43,178 bases of DNA from an uncultured Bifidobacteriaceae bacterium (GTDB lineage: Bacteria; Actinomycetota; Acidimicrobiia; IMCC26256; PALSA-555), in contig CAZCYE010000003.1 in NCBI GenBank assembly GCA_964502775.1, positions 1-43,178 of the forward strand. The letters are read 5' to 3'. The position numbers and the translations under genes are program-made. The notes beneath the pieces are model-generated. The model was not told the origin of the DNA, searched no databases, and saw only the letters and a list, made by a program, of their open reading frames with translations. Shown one piece after another: positions 34,664 to 43,178 of the stretch; the stretch's first letter is position 1; every line of letters begins with the position of its first letter.

Positions 34664-34782
34664 TGCGGTATGCCGAGTACGTCGTCACAGGCTGGGTGCT
34701 CACCGGCGCGGTGCTGGTCACCTATTCCGTCCGGCTCCGCCAGCGGCTCCGTCGGGCGGAGCGCCTCGACGAACGGGCATGA
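34663..34782 (+). CDS. ccmD: heme exporter protein CcmD (39 aa, not in the ORF track)
   Basis: ATG 34663 shares one base with the ccmC stop (TGATG), and its stop overlaps the ccmE ATG (ATGA). The product MRYAEYVVTGWVLTGAVLVTYSVRLRQRLRRAERLDERA has one TM followed by a basic tail, as in CcmD. Confidence 0.6.
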   Translation: MRYAEYVVTGWVLTGAVLVTYSVRLRQRLRRAERLDERA

Positions 34783-35189
34783 CCCGGTCGCCGCGCGCTC
34801 TCTTCGCGGTCGGGCTCTGCGCGGCGGCGATCGCAGCCATCGTCGTGCTGGCGGTCGTGCTGTCGGAGAACGTGGTCTACTTCCGGACCGTCTCCGAGGC
34901 GGTCGCGGAGCGAGATGACCCCGGGCGGTTCCGCATTGCCGGTGAAGTGGTTCCGGGCACCATCGTGGCGACCCGCAACGGGGTGCGCTTCGAGATCACT
35001 GACGGCGATGCCACGGCCGAGATCGACCATCGAGGTGATCCTCCCGATCTCTTCGAGCCCGGGGCGCCGGTGGTGTGCGAGGGGCGCTGGTCGCGTTCGG
35101 GTGCCTTCTCATCGGACCGGATCCTCATCAAGCACGGCAGCGAGTACACGCCTCCCGAAGTGAAGGCGTCGGGGGCCCGCGCATCGTGA
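34779..35189 (+). CDS. ccmE: heme chaperone CcmE
   Basis: Has an N-terminal anchor and an OB-fold region. The heme-binding motif KHGSEYTPPEV matches KHDENYTPPEV of E. coli. Confidence 0.9.
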   Translation: MTRSPRALFAVGLCAAAIAAIVVLAVVLSENVVYFRTVSEAVAERDDPGRFRIAGEVVPGTIVATRNGVRFEITDGDATAEIDHRGDPPDLFEPGAPVVCEGRWSRSGAFSSDRILIKHGSEYTPPEVKASGARAS

Positions 35190-37222
35190 AGGCGTCGCTG
35201 GGCATGTTCGGCGTCGCGCTCGGGGCCGCGTCCTCGGTCCTGGGGATCTCGTTCCTTGCTCAGGGCCTCGTCACGGGGGACGGGCGCTGGCTCGTGCTCG
35301 GTCGCCGCCTCGTGTTCGTCGTGGCCGCCGGCGCCGTGATCGCGGTGATCGCGATGGAGTGGGCGCTGATCACCCATGACTTCTCGCTCGAGTACGTGGC
35401 CAACAACAACGCTCGCGGGACCCCGTTGCTGTACACCATCGCCGGGTTGTGGGCCGCGCTCGAGGGTTCGATCCTGTTGTGGACGCTCGTGCTCGCGGGA
35501 TTCCTGGTGTTCGTGGTCCGTCGGTTCCGGTCCCGGGCCACCGATCCGCTCGTCGGGTGGGCGACGCTCGTGATGCTGGTCGTGGCGCTGTTCTTCTTCG
35601 CGCTCATGCTCACGCACGACGCGAATCCGTTCAAGACGCTCGCCGTCGTGCCCGCCGACGGACGGGGACCCAACCCTCTGCTCCAGAACCACCCCCTCAT
35701 GGCGTTCCATCCGCCGATGCTCTATCTCGGCTACGTGGGATTCACCGTGCCGTTCGCGTTCGCGATCGCGGCGCTGATCACCGGGCGTTTCGGTGAGGGC
35801 TGGCTGGCTGACACGCGTCGCGCGACCCTCGTGGCTTGGGGCTTCCTCTCGGTCGGGATCGTCCTCGGCGCGTGGTGGAGCTACGAGGTGCTCGGTTGGG
35901 GCGGCTACTGGGCGTGGGACCCGGTCGAGAACGCGTCGCTGTTGCCGTGGCTCACGGGCACGGCGTTCATCCACTCGGTGATCGTCCAGGAGCGCCGCGG
36001 GATGCTGCGAGTCTGGAACCTCTCGCTCGTCATCGCCACGTTCTGTCTCACGATCTTGGGGACGTTCCTCACCCGCAGCGGGGTGCTCAACTCGGTCCAC
36101 TCGTTCACCGAATCCGACGTCGGGCCCTGGCTCCTCGGCTTCCTCGCGTTCGTCGCTGCCGTTGGCATCGGCCTGATCGCATGGCGCGGCGACCGACTGC
36201 GCGGACCCGGGCGAATCGACTCGCCGGTGTCGCGCGAGACGGCATTCCTCGCCAACAACCTGGCATTCGCCGGACTCGCGTTCGTGGTGCTCCTCGGCAC
36301 CGTGTACCCGCTCCTGGCCGAGGTGCTCCAGGGGCGACAGGTCTCCGTAGGGGAGCCGTACTTCAACCGCATGGCTACCCCCATCGGGCTCGTGCTGCTG
36401 TTCCTGATGGCGGCGGCGCCGGCGCTTCCCTGGCGGACCACGAGCGCCGACGCGCTCCGTCGTCGCTTGATCGTGCCGGCCTGGGCCGGTGCGATCACGA
36501 TGGTGCTCACGTTGGCCGCCGGAACCGAGGACGTGGCCGCGGTCATCACCTTCGGGCTGGCGGCGTTCGCGCTCGCAGGGATCGCTCGCCAGTTCGCCGT
36601 GGGGATTCGGACTCGGGGACAGGCCCAAGGAGAATCGCTCGGCGCGGCAGCGCTGCGAACCGTCACCGGCAACCCGCGCCTGTACGGAGGGCTCGTGGTG
36701 CACGTCGGGGTCGTGCTGATCGCGGTCGCGCTGGCGTCGTCCGGTGCGTTCTCGACCGCCCGTGAGGTCCGCCTCGACCGAGGAGAGTCCGCGACGGTCA
36801 GGGGCTACACGGTGACCTACCTGGGCTCCGACGTGACCACATCGTCCCAGAAGCGCACGATCACCGCGCGGGTGGGTATCGAGCGCGGGGGCAGCGATCT
36901 CGGCGTGTACGCACCCGCAGTGTCGATCTTTCCCAATGCGACCACATCGATCGGCACGCCGTCGGTGCGCACCGGACTGTTGCGCGACATCTACCTGACG
37001 ATCATCTCGTCGCCGGCCGAAGGCGGGCAAGTGACGTTGCGTGTGGCCGTCAACCCGATGGTGCTCTGGCTCTGGGTGGGCGGTGGGGTCCTCGCGCTGG
37101 GAACGCTGGTGGCGTTGGCCCCCAGCCTCCGACGTCGCGGCCGAGCGCCGGCTTCCCTCGATGCCGGGCCGGGCGATTTGGTTCCACCCCAGGTCGAGCA
37201 GTCCGAGGCGGTGCCTGTATGA
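35186..37222 (+). CDS. ccmF: cytochrome c heme lyase subunit CcmF
   Basis: Trimmed to GTG 35186. Has the Trp-rich motif WGGYWAWDPVENASLLPWL and is about 678 aa and polytopic. Confidence 0.9.
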   Translation: MKASLGMFGVALGAASSVLGISFLAQGLVTGDGRWLVLGRRLVFVVAAGAVIAVIAMEWALITHDFSLEYVANNNARGTPLLYTIAGLWAALEGSILLWTLVLAGFLVFVVRRFRSRATDPLVGWATLVMLVVALFFFALMLTHDANPFKTLAVVPADGRGPNPLLQNHPLMAFHPPMLYLGYVGFTVPFAFAIAALITGRFGEGWLADTRRATLVAWGFLSVGIVLGAWWSYEVLGWGGYWAWDPVENASLLPWLTGTAFIHSVIVQERRGMLRVWNLSLVIATFCLTILGTFLTRSGVLNSVHSFTESDVGPWLLGFLAFVAAVGIGLIAWRGDRLRGPGRIDSPVSRETAFLANNLAFAGLAFVVLLGTVYPLLAEVLQGRQVSVGEPYFNRMATPIGLVLLFLMAAAPALPWRTTSADALRRRLIVPAWAGAITMVLTLAAGTEDVAAVITFGLAAFALAGIARQFAVGIRTRGQAQGESLGAAALRTVTGNPRLYGGLVVHVGVVLIAVALASSGAFSTAREVRLDRGESATVRGYTVTYLGSDVTTSSQKRTITARVGIERGGSDLGVYAPAVSIFPNATTSIGTPSVRTGLLRDIYLTIISSPAEGGQVTLRVAVNPMVLWLWVGGGVLALGTLVALAPSLRRRGRAPASLDAGPGDLVPPQVEQSEAVPV

Positions 37223-37761
37223 GGCATCCCACCCGTTGGGCCGGTGCGGGCATCGGAGCGGTGGTGGCCGCGGTGAGCATCGTGCTGGCCGTGCAAGTGG
37301 GCAGCGACTCGCAGCGGGAGTCGTCGACCAACCAGCTCGTGGGACGCGATGCGCCCGCGATTGCATTGCGATCCTTCGACGGCGAGCCCATCACGGACGA
37401 TGAGCTGTCGGGCCGCGCCGTCATCGTCAACTTCTGGAACTCCTGGTGCATCCCGTGCCGCGACGAGCTCCCGGCCCTGAAAGCGTTCTTCGCACGCCAC
37501 GGTGACGATCCCGACTTCGTGCTCCTCGGAATCGTGCGGGACGACTCGGCCAGTGCTGCCGAGCGGTATGCGGTCGCGGAGCAGATGGACTGGCTGCTGG
37601 CCGTCGATCCGGATTCACGCGCCGCGCTCGACTTCGGCACCCGAGGCCAACCCGAGACGTTTGCCATCTCACCCCGTGGTCAGATCGTGGGGTTCCATCT
37701 CGGGCCCGCCAGCCTCGCCGCGCTGGAGGAGTTGTTGCTCGCAGCTCGAAGCGGGCGATGA
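37219..37761 (+). CDS. ccmG: thiol:disulfide oxidoreductase CcmG/DsbE (TlpA-like thioredoxin)
   Basis: Has an N-terminal anchor and the motif VNFWNSWCIPCRDELP (CxxC). Confidence 0.85.
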   Translation: MRHPTRWAGAGIGAVVAAVSIVLAVQVGSDSQRESSTNQLVGRDAPAIALRSFDGEPITDDELSGRAVIVNFWNSWCIPCRDELPALKAFFARHGDDPDFVLLGIVRDDSASAAERYAVAEQMDWLLAVDPDSRAALDFGTRGQPETFAISPRGQIVGFHLGPASLAALEELLLAARSGR

Positions 37762-38219
37762 GGACGATGAGCGCACGACTGGTCTCGTGGGCCGCGCTGG
37801 GTGTGATCGTGGTGGGTGCGCTCGTCTGGGCCGCATGGCCGGACGGGGGCGCGTCGGCTCCGGCGCGGGCGAGGGCGCTCGCCGCCGAGTTGCGCTGTCC
37901 GGATTGTGAGGGCCTGTCGGTGGCCGACTCGTTCACCACCTCCGGGCGCGCGATCCGGCGCGACATCGCGCGCCGCATCGAGGCCGGGCAGTCTGACGCC
38001 CGGATCCGGCGTGCCTACGTCGAGCGCTACGGCGAATCCATCTTGCTCAATCCCCAAGGCGGCGGCCTGGGTGTCCTCGTCTGGGGGCTGCCCGCGATCG
38101 TGCTGATCCTCGGTGGCGCGGGCGTGGCCTGGTCGGTGCTGCGTTGGCGCCACCAGGCCGCGGCGCCCGTCACCGATGCCGACGAGGCGCTCGTCGCACG
38201 AGCCCGGGAGCGAGGGTGA
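37758..38219 (+). CDS. ccmH: cytochrome c maturation protein CcmH
   Basis: Has the motif LRCPDCEGLSVADS (LRCxxC) and a C-terminal TM. Confidence 0.85.
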   Translation: MRTMSARLVSWAALGVIVVGALVWAAWPDGGASAPARARALAAELRCPDCEGLSVADSFTTSGRAIRRDIARRIEAGQSDARIRRAYVERYGESILLNPQGGGLGVLVWGLPAIVLILGGAGVAWSVLRWRHQAAAPVTDADEALVARARERG

Positions 38220-39049
38220 GCGGCGAGGAGGAGCGAGTGCGGCTCGAGGCCGAACGCGACTTCCTGCTCGCGTCGCTCGACGATCTCGATGTAGAGCGGG
38301 CCGCAGGCGAGATCGACGAGGAGAGTCATGCCCGGCTGCACGCCGACTACACCGCGCGTGCCGCGGCCGCGATCCGGGCGTTGCGCGACGGTGTGGATAC
38401 GCAGCCGGCCAGGCCTCGCGTCGTGTGGCGTCGTCGGGTCGCGATCGGGATCGCGGTGGTGGTGTTCGCGGGGGGCGCCGGGTTCGGGCTTGCCGCCGCA
38501 CTCGGCGCCCGACTGCCGGGCGAGACCTCGTCGGGGAACACCGCGACGCGCCCCGAGCCGCAGTCCATCGGCCAACGCCGTCGAACGTTGGAGCGGGCGC
38601 TGGCGGTGGACCCTTCCGATGTTCCGACCCGACTGCTGCTCGCCCAGCTGCTCGAGGCCGACGGCGACCTCGCGGATGCGCTCGCGCACTACGACGAGGT
38701 CGTGCGCCTGGACCCGACGAACGCGGTGGCTCACGCGCAAGCAGGGCGCATCCTCTACCTGAGTGCCCAGGCGGTGGTCGCCTCCGCACCCGCAGAGGCA
38801 GCCGATCTCGTCGACGCCTCGATCACTCGCCTCGACCGAGCTGTTGATCTCGATCCCCAGTACGCCGATGCCCGCTTCTTTCGTGCCATCGTTCGGGCCA
38901 ACGAGTACGGCGACTTTGCCGGTGCCCAGTCCGATCTCCAGCGTTATCTCCTGCTCGCTCCCCAGGGCACGTTCGTGGAGCAGGCGCGCGATCTCCTCGC
39001 CGACGTCACTAACGCCCTCGAACCCACTACCCCAACGACCAGGAAATGA
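38216..39049 (+). CDS. TPR-repeat protein, CcmI/CycH-like
   Basis: GTG 38216 overlaps the ccmH stop. The product has a coiled N-terminus, one TM (VAIGIAVVVFAGGAGFGLAAAL) and TPR-like repeats. The assignment rests mainly on position. Confidence 0.6.
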   Translation: MSGEEERVRLEAERDFLLASLDDLDVERAAGEIDEESHARLHADYTARAAAAIRALRDGVDTQPARPRVVWRRRVAIGIAVVVFAGGAGFGLAAALGARLPGETSSGNTATRPEPQSIGQRRRTLERALAVDPSDVPTRLLLAQLLEADGDLADALAHYDEVVRLDPTNAVAHAQAGRILYLSAQAVVASAPAEAADLVDASITRLDRAVDLDPQYADARFFRAIVRANEYGDFAGAQSDLQRYLLLAPQGTFVEQARDLLADVTNALEPTTPTTRK

Positions 39050-39053
39050 GGCC

Positions 39054-39530
39054 ATGACCGCACCCCCCGAGCACCAGATCGACAACGCCAAGATGTACCG
39101 AGCGACGATCACCACCGATCGGGGCGCGATCGTCATGGACCTTGACCCGCAGCTCGCGCCGATGACCGTCAACAACTTCGTGGCGCTCGCCCGTCAGGGC
39201 TACTACGACGGCTTGACCTTTCACCGGGTCGTGCCCGAGTTCGTGGTCCAGGCCGGCTGTCCCGAAGGCACCGGGCGGGGAGGGCCCGGGTACCGGTTCG
39301 CCGACGAGCCCGTACGGGGCGAGTACGCCCTGGGCGCGGTGGCGATGGCCAACGCTGGTCCCGGCACCAACGGCTCGCAGTTCTTCGTGTGCATCGACGA
39401 CTGCACCACGAAGCTGGCCAAGTCGTACAACCTCTTCGGTCACGTCTCCGAGGGCGTGGACGTGGCCCGAGCGATCGAAGTGGGCGACGTCATGCGGTCG
39501 GTGGCGGTCGAGGAGCGCGACCGGCAATGA
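39054..39530 (+). CDS. peptidyl-prolyl cis-trans isomerase, cyclophilin type
   Basis: Trimmed to ATG 39054. Motifs are YYDGLTFHRVVPEFVVQAG and MANAGPGTNGSQFFV. Confidence 0.9.
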   Translation: MTAPPEHQIDNAKMYRATITTDRGAIVMDLDPQLAPMTVNNFVALARQGYYDGLTFHRVVPEFVVQAGCPEGTGRGGPGYRFADEPVRGEYALGAVAMANAGPGTNGSQFFVCIDDCTTKLAKSYNLFGHVSEGVDVARAIEVGDVMRSVAVEERDRQ

Positions 39531-40315
39531 CCGTCGATCTCGGATGGTTCGGGCCCGACAGCGTCGCCTGGCGGATCCACTCCGATCCGGCGATGCTCGC
39601 CGGGGGACTGCGCGCGCTGCTGGTACAGGCGCTCGAGCCCCGAGCCATGGCCGGTGTCGATCAGCACAGCGCGTATCGCAGCGATCCGTGGGGGCGCCTG
39701 CAGCGGACCACCGAGTTCGTGCTCCTCACGACCTTCGCCGAGAGCGCGGACGCCGAGGAGGCGTGCGCCAATGTCCGCCGTGTGCACGAGCACGTGCGAG
39801 GTGTCGATCCGGTGACCGGTCGTCACTACGCGGCCAGCGATCCCGATCTCTTGCTGTGGATCCACGCGGTCGAGGTCGACTCGTTCGTCGTGGCCTATCG
39901 GGCGTATGCGGGCCGGCTCTCCGGGGAGGATGCCGACCGCTACGTGACGGAGATGGTGCGCGTGGCCGAGGCGGTCGAGCTCCCTACGGGGATGGCGCCC
40001 CGCACGATGGGCGAGTTGCGTGAGTACCTCGACTCGGTTCCGCTCGAGATGTCACCCGCGGCGCGCGAGGGCATGCGCACCATCCTCTGGCCGCCGATGC
40101 CGCTGGCGCTGCGCCCGCTGTGGTTGATCCCGGCGGCGGCGGCGGTCGCGATCCTGCCCCGCGACGCACGTCAGATGTACGGGTTGCCCTGGCCCGCGCC
40201 GGCCACCCTTCCCCTGCGCGCCCAGGTGTATGCGCTCACGCGCCTCATGAAGCTGATGCTCCCGCGCGCGCCCATCATCCGCGCGGCCCACACTCGCGCC
40301 GAGCACGCCGCGTGA
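39527..40315 (+). CDS. MpaB/DUF2236-family oxygenase-like protein
   Basis: ATG 39527 overlaps the PPIase stop. The N-terminus is FGPDSVAWRIHSDPAMLAGGLRALLVQALEPRAMAGV, and the motif RRVHEHVRG fits the family as I recall it. Confidence 0.7.
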   Translation: MTVDLGWFGPDSVAWRIHSDPAMLAGGLRALLVQALEPRAMAGVDQHSAYRSDPWGRLQRTTEFVLLTTFAESADAEEACANVRRVHEHVRGVDPVTGRHYAASDPDLLLWIHAVEVDSFVVAYRAYAGRLSGEDADRYVTEMVRVAEAVELPTGMAPRTMGELREYLDSVPLEMSPAAREGMRTILWPPMPLALRPLWLIPAAAAVAILPRDARQMYGLPWPAPATLPLRAQVYALTRLMKLMLPRAPIIRAAHTRAEHAA

Positions 40316-40383
40316 CGAGCTCCTGAGGACGCCAGGGGTAGCCTCGAACGACACCGCCGCCGTGTTCCCGGAGAGTGCGTCCC

Positions 40384-42684
40384 ATGCCCGACGAGCAGCC
40401 CGACGAGCAGGAAGCCCCGACCACCCCGGTGGGGCTCGTCGAAGCGCTGTACCAGCGCCTTCCTGATCGTGTGGCGCTCGCCCGCGAACGCCTCGGTCGA
40501 GGTCTCACCTTCGCCGAGAAGGTGCTGATCGGGCACGCGGACGACCCAGCCACCGTCGGTCTCGATCGGGGCGTGGATTACGCCGACTACCGCCCCGACC
40601 GGGTCGCGATGCAGGATGCCACCGCGCAGATGGCGCTGCTCCAGTTCATGACCGCGGGCCTGCCCCGCGTCGCCGTGCCCACCACGGTGCACTGCGACCA
40701 CCTCATCCAGGCTCGTGTGGGCGCCGAGCACGATCTCGCCGACGCGCTCGACGAGAACTCCGAGGTCTACGACTTCCTCCGCACCGTGTCGGCCAAGTAC
40801 GGCATCGGGTTCTGGAAGCCGGGCTCGGGGATCATCCACCAGGTCGTGCTCGAGCAGTACGCGTTCCCCGGAGCCATGATGATCGGCACCGACAGCCACA
40901 CGCCCAACGCCGGCGGTCTCGGCGTGGTCGCGATCGGCGTGGGCGGCGCCGACGCGGTCGATGTGATGGCGGGCTGGCCCTTCAACACCAGGGTGCCTCG
41001 ACTCATCGGCGTGCGGCTGACGGGTCACTTGTCGGGATGGGCCGCGGCCAAGGACGTGATTCTTCGCGTCGCGGGAATCCTCACCGTGAAGGGTGGGACC
41101 GGAGCCATCGTGGAGTACTTCGGGCCCGGCACCGAATCGATCTCGGCCACCGGCAAGGCGACCATCTGCAACATGGGAGCCGAGATCGGCGCGACGTGCT
41201 CGGTGTTCCCCCATGACGAGCGGGGGACGCTCTACCTGAAGGCCACGGGACGCGAGGCCGTGGCCGGGCTCGCCGATCAGCACGCGGAGTTCCTGCGGGC
41301 CGACGCCGATGTCGACGACGACCCCGAGCGATACTTCGACCGGGTCATCGAGATCGACCTCGACGACCTCGAGCCCCACGTCGTGGGTCCTCATACGCCT
41401 GACCTGGACCGACCGATTCACGAGTTGACGCGCGTTGCCGCGTCAGAGGGATACCCCCTCGACATCTCGGCTGCCCTCGTCGGGTCGTGTACGAACTCGT
41501 CGTACGAGGACATCGGGCGCGCCGCCCACGTCGCGCGTCAGGCGCGGGCGGCGGGTCTGAGCGTCAGGACGCCGCTGCTCGTCACGCCCGGTTCGGAGCA
41601 GGTTCGGGCAACGATCGAGCGCGACGGATTGTTGGACGATCTCGAGGCTATTGGCGCGACGGTGCTGGCCAACGCGTGTGGTCCTTGCATCGGGCAGTGG
41701 AAGCGTGACGACATCGTCAAGGGTGAGCGCAACACCATCGTCTCGTCGTTCAACCGGAACTTCCCGGCCCGCAATGACGGCAACACCGCGACGCTCTCGT
41801 TCATCGCTTCCCCCGAGACCGTGGTTGCGATGGCCCTCACCGGCCGCCTCGATCACGACTTCGTCCGCGAGCCGATCGAGCGTCCTGACGGCTCGAGCAC
41901 GTTGCTGGAGCCCCCGACGGCCGACGAGCTCCCGGCCCAGGGCTTCGACCCGGGCGAGCTGGGGTTCCTCGAGCCCGCCGCGGACGGCTCGAACGTGGAG
42001 GTGATCGTGCAGCCCGGCTCCGAGCGGCTCGAGCTGCTCGAGCCGTTCCCGGCGTGGGACGGCGAGGACTACCTCGGGCTCCGGGTGCTGATGAAGGCCG
42101 TCGGCAAGTGCACGACCGACCACATCTCACCGGCCGGCAGTTGGCTCCGCTACCGCGGGCACCTCACGAACATCTCCAAGAACCTGTTCACCGGCGTGAA
42201 CAACGCGTTCGCGCTGGACGAGCCCGGGATCGGTGTGGATGCTCGCGACGGGAGCATTGTGGGTTTACCGGACCTCGCCCGGGCGTACAAGGAGTCGGGG
42301 ATCGCCTGGGTGGCCGTAGGCGACGAGAACTACGGCGAGGGCTCGTCGCGCGAGCATGCCGCGATGGAGCCTCGGGCCATGGGCGGTCGGGCGATCATCG
42401 TGCGGTCGTTCGCGCGCATCCACGAGGCCAACCTCAAGAAGCAGGGCATCCTGGCCCTCACGTTCGCCAACTCCGCCGACTACGAGCGCATCCTCGTGGA
42501 CGACACCATCGACATCGTCGGTCTGCGCGAGCTGGCGCCGGGACGGCCGGTGTCCGTGCGCATCCACCACGCCAACGGCCGGACCGACGAGATCGAGACC
42601 ACGCACACCATGTCGCCGGAGCACATCGAGTGGTTCCGGGCCGGATCGGCCCTCAACGTGCTGCGAGCGCAGCACCGGGGGTGA
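40384..42684 (+). CDS. aconitate hydratase, short mitochondrial-type (about 766 aa)
   Basis: RPDRVAMQDATAQMALLQFMTAGLPRVAVPTTVHCDHLIQA is nearly identical in pattern to eukaryotic mitochondrial aconitase. The Fe-S ligand cysteines appear in GSCTNSS and NACGPCIGQW. GTG 40375 is an alternative start. Confidence 0.9.
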   Translation: MPDEQPDEQEAPTTPVGLVEALYQRLPDRVALARERLGRGLTFAEKVLIGHADDPATVGLDRGVDYADYRPDRVAMQDATAQMALLQFMTAGLPRVAVPTTVHCDHLIQARVGAEHDLADALDENSEVYDFLRTVSAKYGIGFWKPGSGIIHQVVLEQYAFPGAMMIGTDSHTPNAGGLGVVAIGVGGADAVDVMAGWPFNTRVPRLIGVRLTGHLSGWAAAKDVILRVAGILTVKGGTGAIVEYFGPGTESISATGKATICNMGAEIGATCSVFPHDERGTLYLKATGREAVAGLADQHAEFLRADADVDDDPERYFDRVIEIDLDDLEPHVVGPHTPDLDRPIHELTRVAASEGYPLDISAALVGSCTNSSYEDIGRAAHVARQARAAGLSVRTPLLVTPGSEQVRATIERDGLLDDLEAIGATVLANACGPCIGQWKRDDIVKGERNTIVSSFNRNFPARNDGNTATLSFIASPETVVAMALTGRLDHDFVREPIERPDGSSTLLEPPTADELPAQGFDPGELGFLEPAADGSNVEVIVQPGSERLELLEPFPAWDGEDYLGLRVLMKAVGKCTTDHISPAGSWLRYRGHLTNISKNLFTGVNNAFALDEPGIGVDARDGSIVGLPDLARAYKESGIAWVAVGDENYGEGSSREHAAMEPRAMGGRAIIVRSFARIHEANLKKQGILALTFANSADYERILVDDTIDIVGLRELAPGRPVSVRIHHANGRTDEIETTHTMSPEHIEWFRAGSALNVLRAQHRG

Positions 42685-42688
42685 GTGA

Positions 42689-43159
42689 GTGCACCTCGGC
42701 CGGCGTGGGCGTGCCGGAGTTGCCGCGCTCGTGGTCGTGGGCGTGGTGGCGGCGCTCGTGGTGCTGTTGGACGGCGACGATCGCAAGGGCACCCGAGCCG
42801 TGTCCACGCCGGGATCCGTCACCTCCACGACGGGCCCGTCCGACGACGTGGTGGTCACGATCATCTGCATCACGCCCCGGGAGGCCGCCGAGAACCTCGT
42901 CGAATCCTGGCGCGGTGGATCTCGTGCCGCCGCGGGACGGTGCGCGACGAGCGCGGCGGTGTCGCAGCTCTTCGAGGCCGGCGGCGGCGGCGACGGAGGC
43001 GACGACGACGGTGCCACCTGGACGTTCCAGGGCTGTCAGGACGGCCCCGCGCCCGTGACGTGCTCGTACTCCCACCACGGCGGTACGGCGACCCTCACGG
43101 TGACCGGCAGTGAGGATGCCGGATTCGTGGTCGAGGAGCTGGTGCTCGTATCCGGTTGA
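42689..43159 (+). CDS. hypothetical membrane-anchored/secreted protein
   Basis: Has a GTG start, an N-terminal TM (VAALVVVGVVAALVVLL), a small Cys-containing domain and a Gly/Asp-rich loop. No family recognised. Confidence 0.5.
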   Translation: MHLGRRGRAGVAALVVVGVVAALVVLLDGDDRKGTRAVSTPGSVTSTTGPSDDVVVTIICITPREAAENLVESWRGGSRAAAGRCATSAAVSQLFEAGGGGDGGDDDGATWTFQGCQDGPAPVTCSYSHHGGTATLTVTGSEDAGFVVEELVLVSG

Positions 43160-43178
43160 TCAGCCCCGGGTGATCAGC

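Noticed and set aside
34877-37366. 829-aa minus-strand ORF antisense to ccmE and ccmF; similar cases occur at 7175..8833, 16855..18051 and 18982..20409
   Set aside because: It lies antisense to genes with unmistakable family motifs. Its composition (R, P, G, H, D, E runs) is that of shadow frames and it contains no motifs.

Overview
This is a gene-dense window of about 70% G+C with no rRNA, tRNA, CRISPR array or transposase/integrase that I can see. All family names come from motif recall, because no BLAST or HMM search could be run. Gene content suggests Actinomycetota: a TLTTC sortase with an N-terminal anchor, a Streptomyces-like hopanoid cluster and a sigma/ZAS/BCCP-like neighbourhood.

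Gene order:
- Partial 2-oxoacid dehydrogenase E2 and acetoacetyl-CoA synthetase.
- A secreted hypothetical protein.
- DUF5317 membrane protein, divergent from a membrane GGDEF(degenerate)-EAL protein.
- cydAB, translationally coupled to a MerR+TetR double-HTH regulator.
- A hopanoid cluster: hpnC, hpnD, hpnE, polyprenyl synthase, shc, an hpnG::ispH fusion, hpnH and an HpnL-like membrane protein.
- CysQ-like phosphatase, a membrane-anchored Ig-like protein and an aldo/keto reductase.
- A GT4 glycosyltransferase operon.
- A signalling island at about 25.6-31.5 kb.
- A sortase.
- A complete System I cytochrome c maturation operon (ccmABCDEFGHI), chained by overlapping start/stop codons.
- Cyclophilin, an MpaB-family protein, a mitochondrial-type aconitase and a hypothetical protein.

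The most interesting signal is a module that occurs twice, at 3.6-6.6 kb and 25.6-31.5 kb. Each copy has an untracked 29-codon ORF, one or more proteins sharing a polytopic N-terminal membrane domain, and a DUF5317 membrane protein. The shared domain is wired to different outputs: EAL, an HD-GYP-like domain lacking GYP, a degenerate HD domain, and an ECF sigma carrying an RsrA-type zinc motif fused to its C-terminus. In two paralogs the part encoding the membrane domain has clearly lower G+C than its surroundings.

Secondary observations are perfect in-frame tandem repeats in hpnD and in the regulator ORF, an untracked ccmD, and a BCCP-like protein that lacks the biotinyl lysine.
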